From Marsupella aquatica (taxonomy: Eukaryota > Plantae > Marchantiophyta), in the NCBI GenBank assembly GCA_973895155.1, contig OZ316894.1, positions 23,186,709-23,250,708 on the forward strand: a stretch of 64,000 nucleotides of DNA. Direction: 5' to 3'. Below the pieces are notes generated by a model. The model saw only the letters and a list, made by a program, of their open reading frames with translations. It did not search any database and was not told the DNA's origin. The first letter of the stretch is position 1; each line of letters begins with the position of its first letter. This document shows positions 39,801 to 50,879 of the stretch, in pieces. Made by a program: the position numbers and the translations under genes.

Positions 39801-40730
39801 AAGGTTCAAGAGTAAAGCTGCCAAAACTACCATGTATGCCTCAAAGTCATCGAAATTGAAGCGTGAGCGAGCAATGGTATACTCCACGTGGTCCATGATG
39901 CTCGTCTGCAGACTGTAAACATCGTTCTGCAAGTACGTGTCCATAAGTCGATAGAGGAGCTGCGATTTACTTCGAAGCTCGCTGTCTGAAAGATCTCCAT
40001 CCGTATTCGTGTAGATAGTGGTGGGAAGGCCTGGCAGATTCACAGGTTGTGCCCGAACGGGGTTATTCAGAGCTGTCAGAACAACCGTCTCTATATTCCG
40101 TGCATCTTTGGCGTCTAGTATCTTCTGTCCAGAACTATCCGTCGCATGGAACTTCACGGACACGAATCCCTCAGCTGAACCAACAAGAGCCTCCACAATC
40201 TGTAATCCTAACTCTTTAAGAGAGGAAGTCACAATTTGGAACGTGCCTGGTTTGTTCGGACCATCAACATGGATAATCGTGGACTTGTCATCCGAATTGC
40301 TGTCCACCGTCACTCTCATGGAAGACGACGCATCAGTCTTACCCGAATTCACGTCCAAGGATGCAAACACCCTGAATTTCCCTGCAACAGAGCACACAGA
40401 CAGCGGCGGAAGTCCACCTCTCCACCTCCAAGAATGGCGCCCTCGCAATGCGGGCCGACATTCAAATGCTTTCCTCGAACACAAGCCACTACTACTCCTC
40501 CAACAATGTCCACAATTGGCTCCGATCCGCAAATTCCAACTCATTCCTGCTCGAGCAAATGCAGCATCACCACCCGACTCCCGCTGACACTGCTGCTGCT
40601 GCTGCTTCGCATCGTCGCATCGAGAAACGATCGTCAATTCGTCGACAGCGGAGAAGCGGTTCAAGCAATTACCAGAGATCACGCCAGCATTGTGGAGAGC
40701 GCTCCCGTGCCCTGCTATCCTGCCTGCCAT
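30806..40730 (-). CDS. Alpha-1,4-glucan (starch/glycogen) phosphorylase, GT35, with N-terminal transit-peptide-like leader and ACT domain; 22 exons (40730-39831, 39407-39293, 39119-39019, 38677-38586, 38242-38107, 37924-37859, 37520-37419, 37229-37131, 36714-36604, 36451-36245, 35948-35841, 35606-35514, 35066-35010, 34809-34663, 34400-34341, 33236-33132, 33006-32845, 32602-32529, 32059-31936, 31583-31492, 31375-31255, 30958-30806)
   Basis: [120 protein letters not shown], the PLP-lysine motif [10 protein letters not shown], and [14 protein letters not shown]. All exon phases are consistent. Confidence 0.96.
33345..33623. mobile_element. Possible old solo LTR within phosphorylase intron 15
   Basis: TGTTG...CAACA termini, 279 bp, inside an unusually long intron. 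The flanks ACATT/GAATT match only partly as a TSD. Confidence 0.35.
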
Positions 40731-40909
40731 CACTCGTCAGTGTAATTCCTCCACAATTCTCGTGTGCCCTCTTCTTCTCCTCCTTCTCTTCCTTCTCCTC
40801 CTCTTTCTCCTGTTTCTCGTGTTTCTCCTCTTTCTCTTCTTCCCCACGAGAATCCCCTCGAGAAAGGAGCGGACGGAGATCGACGAAGATCATCATCACT
40901 CACGCATCG

Positions 40910-41648
40910 AGAATTAGAGTTTTTAGTTTTTCACTAACCTGTCCCCAAACAAAATTAATTATCCGTCCCCAAACAAATTAATTATCCGTCCCCAAACTAT
41001 CCAATATTAGTAAAGTGTCCCAAAACAAAATTGCATAGAGAATTAGAGTTTTTAGTTTTTCACTAACCTGTCCCCAAACTATCCAATATTAGTTAAGTGT
41101 CCCAAAACAAAATTGCATAGAGAATTAGAGTTTTTAGTTTTTCACTAACCTGTCCCCAAACTATCCAATATTAGTTAAGTGTCCCCAAACTAAATTACTT
41201 ATCCACGCTCCCCCCAAATATTAGTAAAGTGTCCCTACGCAAAATTAATTATCAACGCTCCCCCCAAGTATCCTCCAATATTAGTAAAGTGCCCGGTAAA
41301 GTGTCCCATACAAAATTAATTAACAAATTAATTGTCCATCCCCAGAATATCCAATATTAGTAAAGTGTCCCACAACAAATCGCATAGAGAATTAGAGTTT
41401 TTAGTTTTTCACTAACCTCTCCCCAAACTATCCAATTTTTGTTAAGTGTCCCAAAACAAAATTAAGTATCAACGATTCCCCCCAAATATTAGTATAGTGT
41501 CCCCAAACAAAATTAATTATCGAAAGCTCCCCCAAGTATAGTCCAATATTAGTAAAGTGTCCCCATAAAAAATTAATTATCAATGCTCCCCCAAGTATCC
41601 ACTATTAGTAAACTGACCCCCAAACAAAATTAATTATGAACAGGCCCC
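40910..41648. repeat. AT-rich compound tandem array immediately upstream of the phosphorylase gene
   Basis: Near-identical ~81-bp units (agaattagagtttttagtttttcactaacctgtccccaaactatccaatattag..aagtgtccc) at about 40910, 41040, 41121 and 41388, interleaved with shorter caaaattaattatc..ccccca..atattagtaaagtgtccc units. Confidence 0.85.
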
Positions 41649-42474
41649 CATTTTGTGTTTAACTTAGTATTAACTTGCATATGGTTCACATTGTCATGTA
41701 GCAAGCTGTTACCGGCTAGCCTTACCTTAACCTGATGTGACCCCCCTCGGCCACCTTTCCCCATTGCAGGGCACAATCGCATGTCTGAGAGGGGCGAAAA
41801 CACATCATTTTTTGCTCCACAATCCCCTCACAAAGATCTGACACTTATGGCCTCATTTTTACTCAGGAATATGCAGTGGAATGGGGACCAAGGGGGGTCG
41901 TGTGGGTTAAGGCTAGCCAGTAGCAATCTACCATGTGGCAATGGAAACCTATATCCCGGTAACCAATTTGAAATCACACAAGGTCAATGAATTTATTTGT
42001 TTAAATAGCCCAATGCTCATGCCTTGGATAGTGGTTTTGATGTCAAGGGATGGTTGAAATCAAACGGTTGGATTGGTTGATTAAGGTTGCTTGCCCAATA
42101 ATCATGCATGCATTGAATAGTATTTTAATTAATCCATTCAATTATTAAACAGCACCTGCCCATATATAACAGGGGAACTGCATCATAGTAAGAGTCCAAA
42201 CACAACCTGGTGATAGGAATAAATATGGTTTTTTTAGCTTCAAATTTTTAGAGAAAACAATAGTTTCCTATATTTTATTTATATTCAAAGTTTTACAAAA
42301 TTTTCAAAGTTTTTTCCAATTATTTAAATAATTTTTAATTAAAATTTTATTGCGGGCAGTGATGGCCGGCTAAAGAGCAACTTGGGTAGATGTTTATTTT
42401 AGATGGGGCGTATGGATAGATTTGATGGTGTAAAACAAAAAAATATTTTGATGAAGGGTCATGATTGGTTTCTG

Positions 42475-42568
42475 CAAGGTTGCACCAGAAAAATTTGAGT
42501 ACCCTCATTCAAATAATAGCGACTCAAATTTGAATGAGTGGTACTCAAATTTTTCTGGTGTAACCTTG
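42475..42568. mobile_element. 94-bp fold-back element (minimal Tc1/mariner-like MITE)
   Basis: Arms CAAGGTTGCACCAGAAAAATTTGAGTACC-CTCATTCAAA and TTTGAATGAGTGGTACTCAAATTTTTCTGGTGTAACCTTG are near-perfect inverted repeats. Right flank TA, left flank TG. Confidence 0.7.
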
Positions 42569-43712
42569 TATTATAATTTTTGATGACCTCTTTAGTACTT
42601 GATAAAATCTCTCAATATCACACTCATTGGAAAGCTAGAGAAAATTAGAAACTCATAATCTCCTTAGTACACGACCAAGCTAGAGATTCAGAGCCCTTAA
42701 TGATGAAAGGCTACACGCACTTGCAGGAGGATCTGTCTATCTTGCCCTGCGAGAGTTAGCTTATGTGCAAACACCGAGAGTGTTCAAAAATGTTAGGTCC
42801 TCATGCCCATTGCAATCAACTTCAACCCCCATAACAATGAAATTGGTCCAAATGCATGGAGAGAGCTCCTCTCACCTTTCCCAGCCTCAAGAGTCAAGTG
42901 CTTCAAAGACTGAAGCTCCTATATGCTCTCGGCCACGCTTTCCAAGCTTCTTGGTCGAATGGATAATTTTTTGAGGGAAGAGAGTCTCCAAACTTCTTAG
43001 GCAACTTGTCCAATTTAGAGCGATATCATGTCAGCTTTTGAAGACTCTTGAGACAGAAAAAGCTATTCGGTAGAGTCTGCAGCTCATCAACATAATATAT
43101 CTCCAAGTGCTGTAGCTCCATGAGCTAGTCAAAAGCCTTAGGCAACCTCTTCGAGTTGTTAGCCATTGTCACAATCAATGTTCTCAAACTATGGAGCCCC
43201 CCAAGGCTCTCTGGCAGGCTGTCCAAGGTTGATGAAGAAATTGACAACACTTCTAGTGAGGAGAGCTTTGCTAAATTGTCAGGCAACTTCTTTGAATGGG
43301 GGCATTGTAGTTTGAAAGTTTTCAACAATTAATAATGGGCCGGACGTGCGAATGGATGAAGGGTGCCAAAACTTTGATTCTCGGTTAATTTTTATAATAG
43401 GTTTATAAGTAGCATCGGCCAATTTATGAAGTGAACCATTTATAACCAATCTAGGCCCCTTTAACTTCAACCCTTAATGTTTGGCTGAAAGGGGTTTGAA
43501 ATACCATGTGCCATGCGTCACTATATGGTTGGTCCACGTGGAAAATTATGATTTGACCACTTGTATGTGGGCTAAGATTTAAAGGCCTGATATTTTCATA
43601 ACCTAAACAATTTTTTAATTAAGAATTGGTTGGGTGATCATCAATGGGGATACTGAGGTAGGGAAGGCTTTTGGTGGGTTTTATTGCATGTATCAAGCAA
43701 TTGCATACACAC

Positions 43713-44057
43713 TGTTGAACATAGACGACAATCGCAACGATAAACCCATGAATCATCCAATGCACAAGAGTCGACAGAGAGAGATACGTGGTTCACCTTC
43801 ACATGAGGCTACGTCCATGGGAACACACAAGAGCTTTACTGCACTCTAAGCCGACCGGCCATACCAAGCATCCACAGCGCAAGCTCTTCCTATCTCTCAA
43901 CTAGCTCCATAACAATGAGCCTAAGTTCCCCCTCTCCAAGCAAACACCACTTGGGTATAGAGTGTGCACAGCATGACTAACCTAACCAAGTCTGCTTCTA
44001 AGGTTAGCCTTAACTATGGTACAGTTGTTACTCTAGACCTAAGAGTAAATCCTAACA
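43713..44057. mobile_element. Solo LTR (Copia-like), 345 bp
   Basis: TGTT...AACA termini and a perfect 5-bp TSD CACAC (43708-43712 and 44058-44062). Confidence 0.85.
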
Positions 44058-44652
44058 CACACCACCTGACAACCCCCAATAGGCAAGAATTTATCAGAGG
44101 GGAGGAGTTTGGAAGGGTTTTACAAAACCCTCATTCCCTCCAAAACCTCCTAACCAAAGGCATGGAGGCTCTAGCAACGGCCTTAACACTCGGGCTTTCA
44201 ATTGCTCTAATGAATGATTGTATCATGCACGCAAAGTTTATAAGCTTTCAAGGCCTATATAAATGGTAGAAAATGTGGATTTATAATTTGTCCAAAGTGA
44301 CAAATTTATTCTTCGAAACTGAGTTTTTAAGAATAACAAGAAAAACTTTTACAGGCTGCCCAAAAATAATGAGTATCTGGGAGAGGGTTGCAAGCAAGTA
44401 TACCCATTCACTTTGCAAAGGGTGGGCCAAGGAATTTGCCCCAAACTTTCAGGAGCAATTTAGTAACCCAAGGGAAATTGTTGCAAACTTTCAAGGAGCA
44501 ACCTAGTAACCTTGCCAAAGGAAGCTACCCCAAACTTTCAAGGAGCAGCTTAGTAACCCAACAACTCAAAACTCAAATGATGGAGTGAATGTAAGTCACC
44601 AATACTTGGGAGAGTCCTAATCCTAGGGACATCAAGATTCAATTCCTCCAGT

Positions 44653-44999
44653 AGGGCGTCTCCAATATTGAAAAACAAACCACCTCACGAGTGTCCGGCG
44701 GTGCACTTGTGTGCACCAAAACTGGGTATAGTCGGGCAATGATATTTTTGGGCTCTCAAATTGAGAGGGGTCGCGGGAGTGTGTGAAGACCGCAAAGTGA
44801 GTCAATGAACACACTGAAATTGGGTCCTCTCCTTGTAGCAATCAACCCTCAATTTTGATCATGACTCCCAGTTGGGCATGATTGGTCGGGCCTCACATCC
44901 GGTGCCCAACCAGTCATTCCTGTTGACCCGCTGTTGCCCCGGGTCACAACACTCTCAGACGAGGTCACACGCAAAAATTCATTGTATTTGAGACACCCT
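44653..44999 (-). mobile_element. MITE family A, copy 2, inserted in the LRR reading frame
   Basis: TIRs AGGGCGTCTCCAATA ... TATTTGAGACACCCT with AGT duplicated on both sides. Homologous to 13542-13882. Removing it restores an in-frame LRR. Confidence 0.85.
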
Positions 45000-45265
45000 A
45001 GTAGACCAAGCTTTCCTAGGCTTTTGGGTGACATCTCCAATTTTGGACAGTCTATCCTGATCTTTTGAAGAGACTTTTGATGACAGAATCTTGCATGTAG
45101 CTTCTGGAGCTCCTCAGCTGAAATGTTCAAGTTTGTCAGTGCCATCCATTGAGTGAAATTGCCGGGCAAGCTCCTTAATTGTCTGTTCATCCTAATGTGA
45201 AACAATTCCAGCCCAGACAAAGGCTGAAGTTTGGAGGGAGCTTTTCCAAGGCTACATCTTCCAAA

Positions 45266-45803
45266 TGTTGGAATCCAAGGAATTTCCAATGTTTTATGCT
45301 ATCGAGTGTTTTCCATCATGATGTACTATCTTGATATCGGCTCCACCTTCTCCTTGATTTACGGGAGACTCTCTCCATGTATTCTATGTGATTACTTAGT
45401 TAGTTAATGGTATGTTGATCTCACCATGGTTGATCTCTATGGATCACCCTTAGGACCTTTGATTCATTCTTGTCAGCATAGCCTCCTGGCCTTGTAATTA
45501 TGTGGGCTCCCTTGTTGGGTCCCTCATTCATTTAGTGACAATCAGTGAACTATGACAAGTTTATATCATATCCCTGATCGTATTAGAGCTTCTCATGGAG
45601 ATCTAGTATGAGGTCCACACACTAGTACTATAGCTTTGTCTTGAGATAGAGTTGATAAGCATCACTCTACTCAAGAGATCAATACTTTTGTTCCCTTACA
45701 AGCTTTGTTGAGCTCATTTAATGAATCAAAATCTTTCCGTAGTGTTTTCATGTGATAATTCCCTGATCTTGCATCAAGTCTTTTATTAGTCCTCTCTACA
45801 ACA
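45266..45803. mobile_element. LTR-like segment truncating the LRR pseudogene
   Basis: Begins TGTTGGAA exactly where LRR similarity stops and ends CTACAACA. No matching TSD; a short internal duplication follows. Confidence 0.45.
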
Positions 45804-46799
45804 TCTTTCCGTAGTGTTTTAGGTGGCAGTTCCCTGATCTTATGTTCAGATTGTTAGTCTTTGTATTTCCTCCATCCCATCATGGACTAGTCAGTCAACT
45901 ATACTATGTCGACCAAGGATGAGAAGTTAAACAGGGAACAACTACCCGCTATGGGCTTACAAGATGGAGCAGAGCTTCATCAAAGAGCGGATCTGGTATT
46001 GCGTTTGGGAGCAAGTGCTTGGTGTGGCTCATCCTAATGACGCTATTGCTACTCAAGACAAGGTTGGTGTAGCCAAGTCCAAGGCTCTTTATATGCTGGC
46101 AAAGGTTGTGGAAGATAGGATGAGTGCACAAGATTCGTACGTTGTCCTCTCCCTTCACATTGTACTGTGTCAGCCTGCAACTGCACGGATTGAATTCAAA
46201 ATGTGAAAAAACCCAGCCAATGGGATTGTGGCAATTGTTTCTTATCTTTTTCTCCCTAAATATTGTGTATTTTTGGATGCCATTTTTGCCAGCCGTAGTC
46301 TCAATAAGATCTATAAAATGAGCCCTAGATCGGATCCAATGGACCACTATAGGCGTGGCTATGAGTCAATATCTAACCATATTGGGGAGACACAATAGAA
46401 ATGTGCGATACGGTGAATAATGAAGGCTCCGTGCTTTAAAGGGCAAGTTGTGGTTTAAGACTTCCGACTGATGCAATTTATGTTGTTCCATGGACTAGTA
46501 GCCAATCCAAATAGTTTCTTCGTAAAGAAAAAAATTAATTATTCCCCTAGTAGCTCATAGATATCTTTTATGCCAAAATTAAACTTGCTTGCACCAAAAA
46601 ACCAATGTAAGGGTCATGACAAACACATGCATTCATTAATTCACAACCTCAAACTAAGCAACCTCATGAATTAAAATAGCCTAATTATTTATGCAAAGAA
46701 ACAAGAGGGTCCACAGACTAATTTAATAATAAGCATGATCTTGAGAACTACTGTAAGTTTTTGTGTAACACAATATAGTTTCACTCCCGTAAATACATT

Positions 46800-47560
46800 T
46801 TGTTGTGGATCAAACTACTCAAATACTCAGGATGGGCATCTTGACACATGCGTGCAGCTTGTGCATGTATCCAAATTCTGGAAGTTCCCAACATCAATCA
46901 ATGACAGGTATGGCGCTGCAGATAGGACGGTACTCCAGACCTGATTTCAAAGAGGAGATGGTACGTAAGGGGAGGACGTCAGGTGTGGTACCACCGACTC
47001 ACCTTTCCCCTAATCTTTTACTGCCGCTAACGTTGTGCCACCAATTCACCTTCCCCTTTGCATGCGCATCCATTACCTGACTGCTCTTTGGATTGAACTT
47101 TGTTGTACATGTGCTGGGAACACATGCATACGATGTGGTGTGCTCAATTGCAGACTGTTTGGTTTGAAGTTTCCCAAGTTTGCAACAATGTCAATGAATG
47201 TCAGTATTGTAAATGAATTGCTTAATGACCTTGCTACCGTGGGTCTCACCTTCACAGATGAAGAGTTTCATGGCATTGTGTTGATGCACTGCCACCAAGT
47301 TGGGAGACTTTATCTACGGTTTTGGCAGGGAGGGAGATGCCTCCTACATTTTATCAACTGGAGAATTTGATTCGTGAAGAGGAGACCACATGCAACACTT
47401 GCAACACTGGTGGTGAAGAAGCAATTTAATGGTAGCCAAGGCAACACCCATGGCGCTCGCAACAACGATGATGAATATAATATTGGGCGTGCTAATTGTG
47501 GACTGGCAATTTTGGACGTGATCGAGTGGGTCCCACAAAATTTCCAGCCCGTGAGGCCCT
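46800..47560 (+). mobile_element. Ty1/Copia gag relic (UBN2/Retrotran_gag_2-like), frameshifted
   Basis: LWIEL...RLFGLKFPKFATMSMNVSIVNELLNDLATVGLTFTDEEFHGIVLM, continuing after a frameshift as ALPPSWETLSTVLAGREMPPTFYQLENLIREEE, a typical Copia gag pattern. Confidence 0.75.
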
Positions 47561-48639
47561 ACTCATTATGACGATCCATTATGTTTGTGAGTGCCCTTTC
47601 AAAGGGCTGGACGTACACTTAATTGCAATGTCTCACCACACAATTGGGTCAAATCCCACTAGGAATTAATCGTATTGCCAATCTTGTTGAAACCATTGAA
47701 GTTGCTCCTCACGCTGATACTGGCTTTGAGGAGTATTTGGATATGGAAAACAACTTACTCGATCCCACCATTGCAAAAAATGCCCACAAAAAAACACACA
47801 TCCACACCACAAATTGTGTTTCTTTAATGACATTTTTTGAATGCCCACAAAAATGCCCACAAAAAGAAACACAATTAGGATGGAGTTCATGTACTCAGGG
47901 GTGGTCATGCAAGTGAGAGGACTATGACATATGATGACAAGCAAGTGAGAGGACTATGACATATGATGACAAGCCTGATGTGGTGCAACCATTACTCTGG
48001 ACACAAGATATCATCATAATGGAGCCACAACATACACTTCCACCCCATGTGTTCATGACACTCTTGCAACCTGGTGGTCTATTCTTTACTCGGGTAGGAG
48101 TTTGTTCCTTGGGGGTGTGATTATTGTAGATCCTACTGGTGGGAGCAATGTTGCGGTTGCTGCCCATGTACTTGGCATGCTGTAGCCACAACAACTCAAT
48201 TCAAGGAGACATATCTTGCTGGCTATCCTGAGAATTTACTTTACTTACTTGTTTTGAAAGTCTTTGGGTTCTACTGGGACTGAGCTATACCCTATCTTTG
48301 CCCGTTTCCGGCAAGCATGTGTTGTCTTTTGTGTAGAGAAGTGGCCCTCTTCGCTAGTATTCTGTCCCCACTAACTTCTTCAAACAATTGATGTTTAGTG
48401 CCCTACAAAGGGCTTAGGCATTCATTATTCTTTGGAGGGCCAAGGTTGTTGGGGTTAGGGCTAGCAGGCAAATTCCTCTTCCAGATCCTCCTATGTGATT
48501 TACTTTGGAGTTTTCCTAGTGTTTTGGGGGACTATGGGGCTATTGGGTTCTCTTTGGGTAAGTCCTTTGTGTTCTCCCAGTTACTGGGCTTATTGCCTAT
48601 GGGTTCATGTCACCTGGTTTTCTACTCTTGGACAGTGTG

Positions 48640-49435
48640 ACAAAAGAAGGTTGCTATACACAAGGTACTAACCCATAGGTAAGTACAGGTGCCCATTCAA
48701 GCCAATATAAACTTATCATTTTTATTTCCACCAAGGGGAACTAGGGACACATTTGTCTCAAATAATCTCTCTTCAATATTCTGAAAAGAAGGACTGGGCC
48801 CCTAACATGTTGGAAAGCCACCCTCAAGGTTTCTATACACAAGAGGTTATTAAACCCATAAGTATGTACAGGTGCCCATTCAAACCATATACCAATGAAG
48901 GGGAAAGAGGATGCATGTTTCTCTAGTAATCTTATGAATCTTTCTCTACTCTACACAATCTTCTGAAGAAGATGCACTGTGCCCCAACATGCTGGAAAGC
49001 CTCCCTCAAACCGCACCCTCAAACCGTACCCTCAAGGTTTCTATACACAAGAGGTTATGTACAGGTGCCTATTCAAACCATAAACCAATGAAGGGGAAAG
49101 AGGATATATGTTTCTCTAGTAATCTTATCAATATTTCTGTACTGTTTATAATCTTCTGAAAAAGATGCAACTGGGCCCCAACATGCTGGGAAGCCACCCT
49201 CAAGCCGCACCCTTAAACCCTACCCTCAAGGTTTGTATCCACAAGAGTTATGTACAGGTGCCCATTCAAACCATATACCAATGAAGGGGAAAGAGGATAT
49301 ATGTTTCTCTAGTAATCTTATCAATATTTCTGTACTATTTTATAATCTTTTGAAAAAGATGCAACTGGGCCCCAACATGCTGGAAAGCCACCCTCAAGCC
49401 ACACCCTCAAGCCACCTTCAAGCCACCCTCAAGCT
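48640..49435. repeat. Tandem array of ~180-210-bp units (4 copies)
   Basis: ctatacacaag...tacaggtgcccattcaaacc...ccaatgaaggggaaagagg...gggccccaacatgctggaaagccaccctcaa recurs at about 48654, 48833, 49041 and 49234. Confidence 0.88.
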
Positions 49436-50879
49436 TTGACCGGTCCATGACGACAGTTTTGTGATCGGTTTTTACAGTCGCTGCTCTTGTAATCTGCGCA
49501 TCTGCGATGTGAGCTTTGTGATCTTCGTCACTTCGATACACTTCTAGACAACTTCGAACCGAGTTTGGAGTCTATTATCGAGTCTAGACTCGGGAAGAGA
49601 ACCCTTGACGGCAAAGTTTACCGATGCATGAGAGGAGCAATTCTACAATCTCGACTGTCTGAATTAGAGAAACCTGGTATGTGGGACTTCGGACTCGATT
49701 ATCTTCAATTTTAGGTCGAACGGGATCACGGAAGTCTAAATCCTGTGCAGGTTGCTTGAATTTCTAAATTTCGCATAATGCTGGATAATTCTTGCGGTGC
49801 GAAAACGGAATGTGCAGTTGTAGGAATCAGGGAATGATTAGTGTAGAAAATCTGCCTAGGCTGTGGCCGTGAGACTGATGTACACTGATAACCAGATTTG
49901 GTTGCGCTGGAAATCAAACTAGAAGTAAAACTGTCTTTGTTGTTTATAGAACTAAAGTTTAGCTACTTGACTTTTATCCGTGGCAAATTCTGTAGCAATC
50001 TTTCATGCGGTCAGTTTGCAGTCGCCGAGTGCTGTGGGGTCAGTCAGATACGATCTGTGTGCAAATCGTTGTCCTCCACAGTTTATGTTTGATTGACTGC
50101 TGGCGATGCTACAGAATTGCTGGAGCAATTCTCGAAGTTAGGTCCGACGAAGGTTGCATACTCCCCGAACATCCAGTCCATTGTGGAGCCTGCAGTTCTG
50201 CGGATGTTCCCCAATTCTCAAACCGCTGCAGTAGGTAAGGGAGTCCCAGTGTAGAAATCCTCTGGATGTTTTAAAAGAAGTCACCTTTCTAATGCTACTC
50301 CCTTGTGCAACGTGCATAGTATACGCTTCAAAGTCTGGCATAATCTCAGTTGAATGGAGCCATATCAAATTTCATATCCATGCCAATCCACTATGTGGAC
50401 TGCCCTTCGTTGATTGGGCACGTTGTGTCGGTCGCCATAGGTGGTATGTTGGTCGTTCTGTTTCTAATTCGTCCACTTTGTTGGCTCTGCAAGGTGATCT
50501 TCGAGCTAGGAGCGAGATACGGAGCCTAGTGAGCACGACCAAAACAGCGTCAAGCAAGACGTGAATTCCTATTTTTAAAATTTTCGTTTCCATCTTCGTG
50601 TGGATGGACAACCGGTGTCTACTTGGTGAAGACTCCGTTTTTGAGCACTTGGCCGGTGGAGTACTGTAAAAACGCTTCGCAAGCTTTGGCACCGGGCAAC
50701 GAGGGACGTCCCAAAACTGCCGAACCCTACCCTTTTCGTCGCCGTTGGGTGTGTACAATGGCAGCATCGACGGCTGCTTCCGGTCGTCCCAGGTTTTTTT
50801 GCCGTCACCAGAATTGACACCGCCTATTATTCCTGTCCCATTCCACCCAAAAATTAAAGTGAAGCTTGGATGGCGGGCA

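Larger units (their letters stand above)
42700..45265 (-). pseudogene. Degenerate leucine-rich-repeat gene (NLR/disease-resistance-type LRR) disrupted by stops, frameshifts and insertions
   Basis: Plant NLR-type LRR units: QLRSLPGNFTQWMALTNLNIS, CPKLEMSPKSLGKLGL, LNLDVPRIRTLPSIGDLHSLHHL, KKLPDNLAKLSSLEVLSISSSTLDSLPESLGGLHSLRTLIV. Many stops lie between the fragments. No NB-ARC domain was seen in the window. Confidence 0.8.

Noticed and set aside
40018-40981. Plus-strand ORFs of 169-189 aa
   Set aside because: They are antisense to phosphorylase exon 1 and its CT-rich 5' tract.
49677-49714. Apparent GT-AG intron upstream of MED19
   Set aside because: At 38 nt it is below the usual minimum for plant introns, so it was not used in the model.
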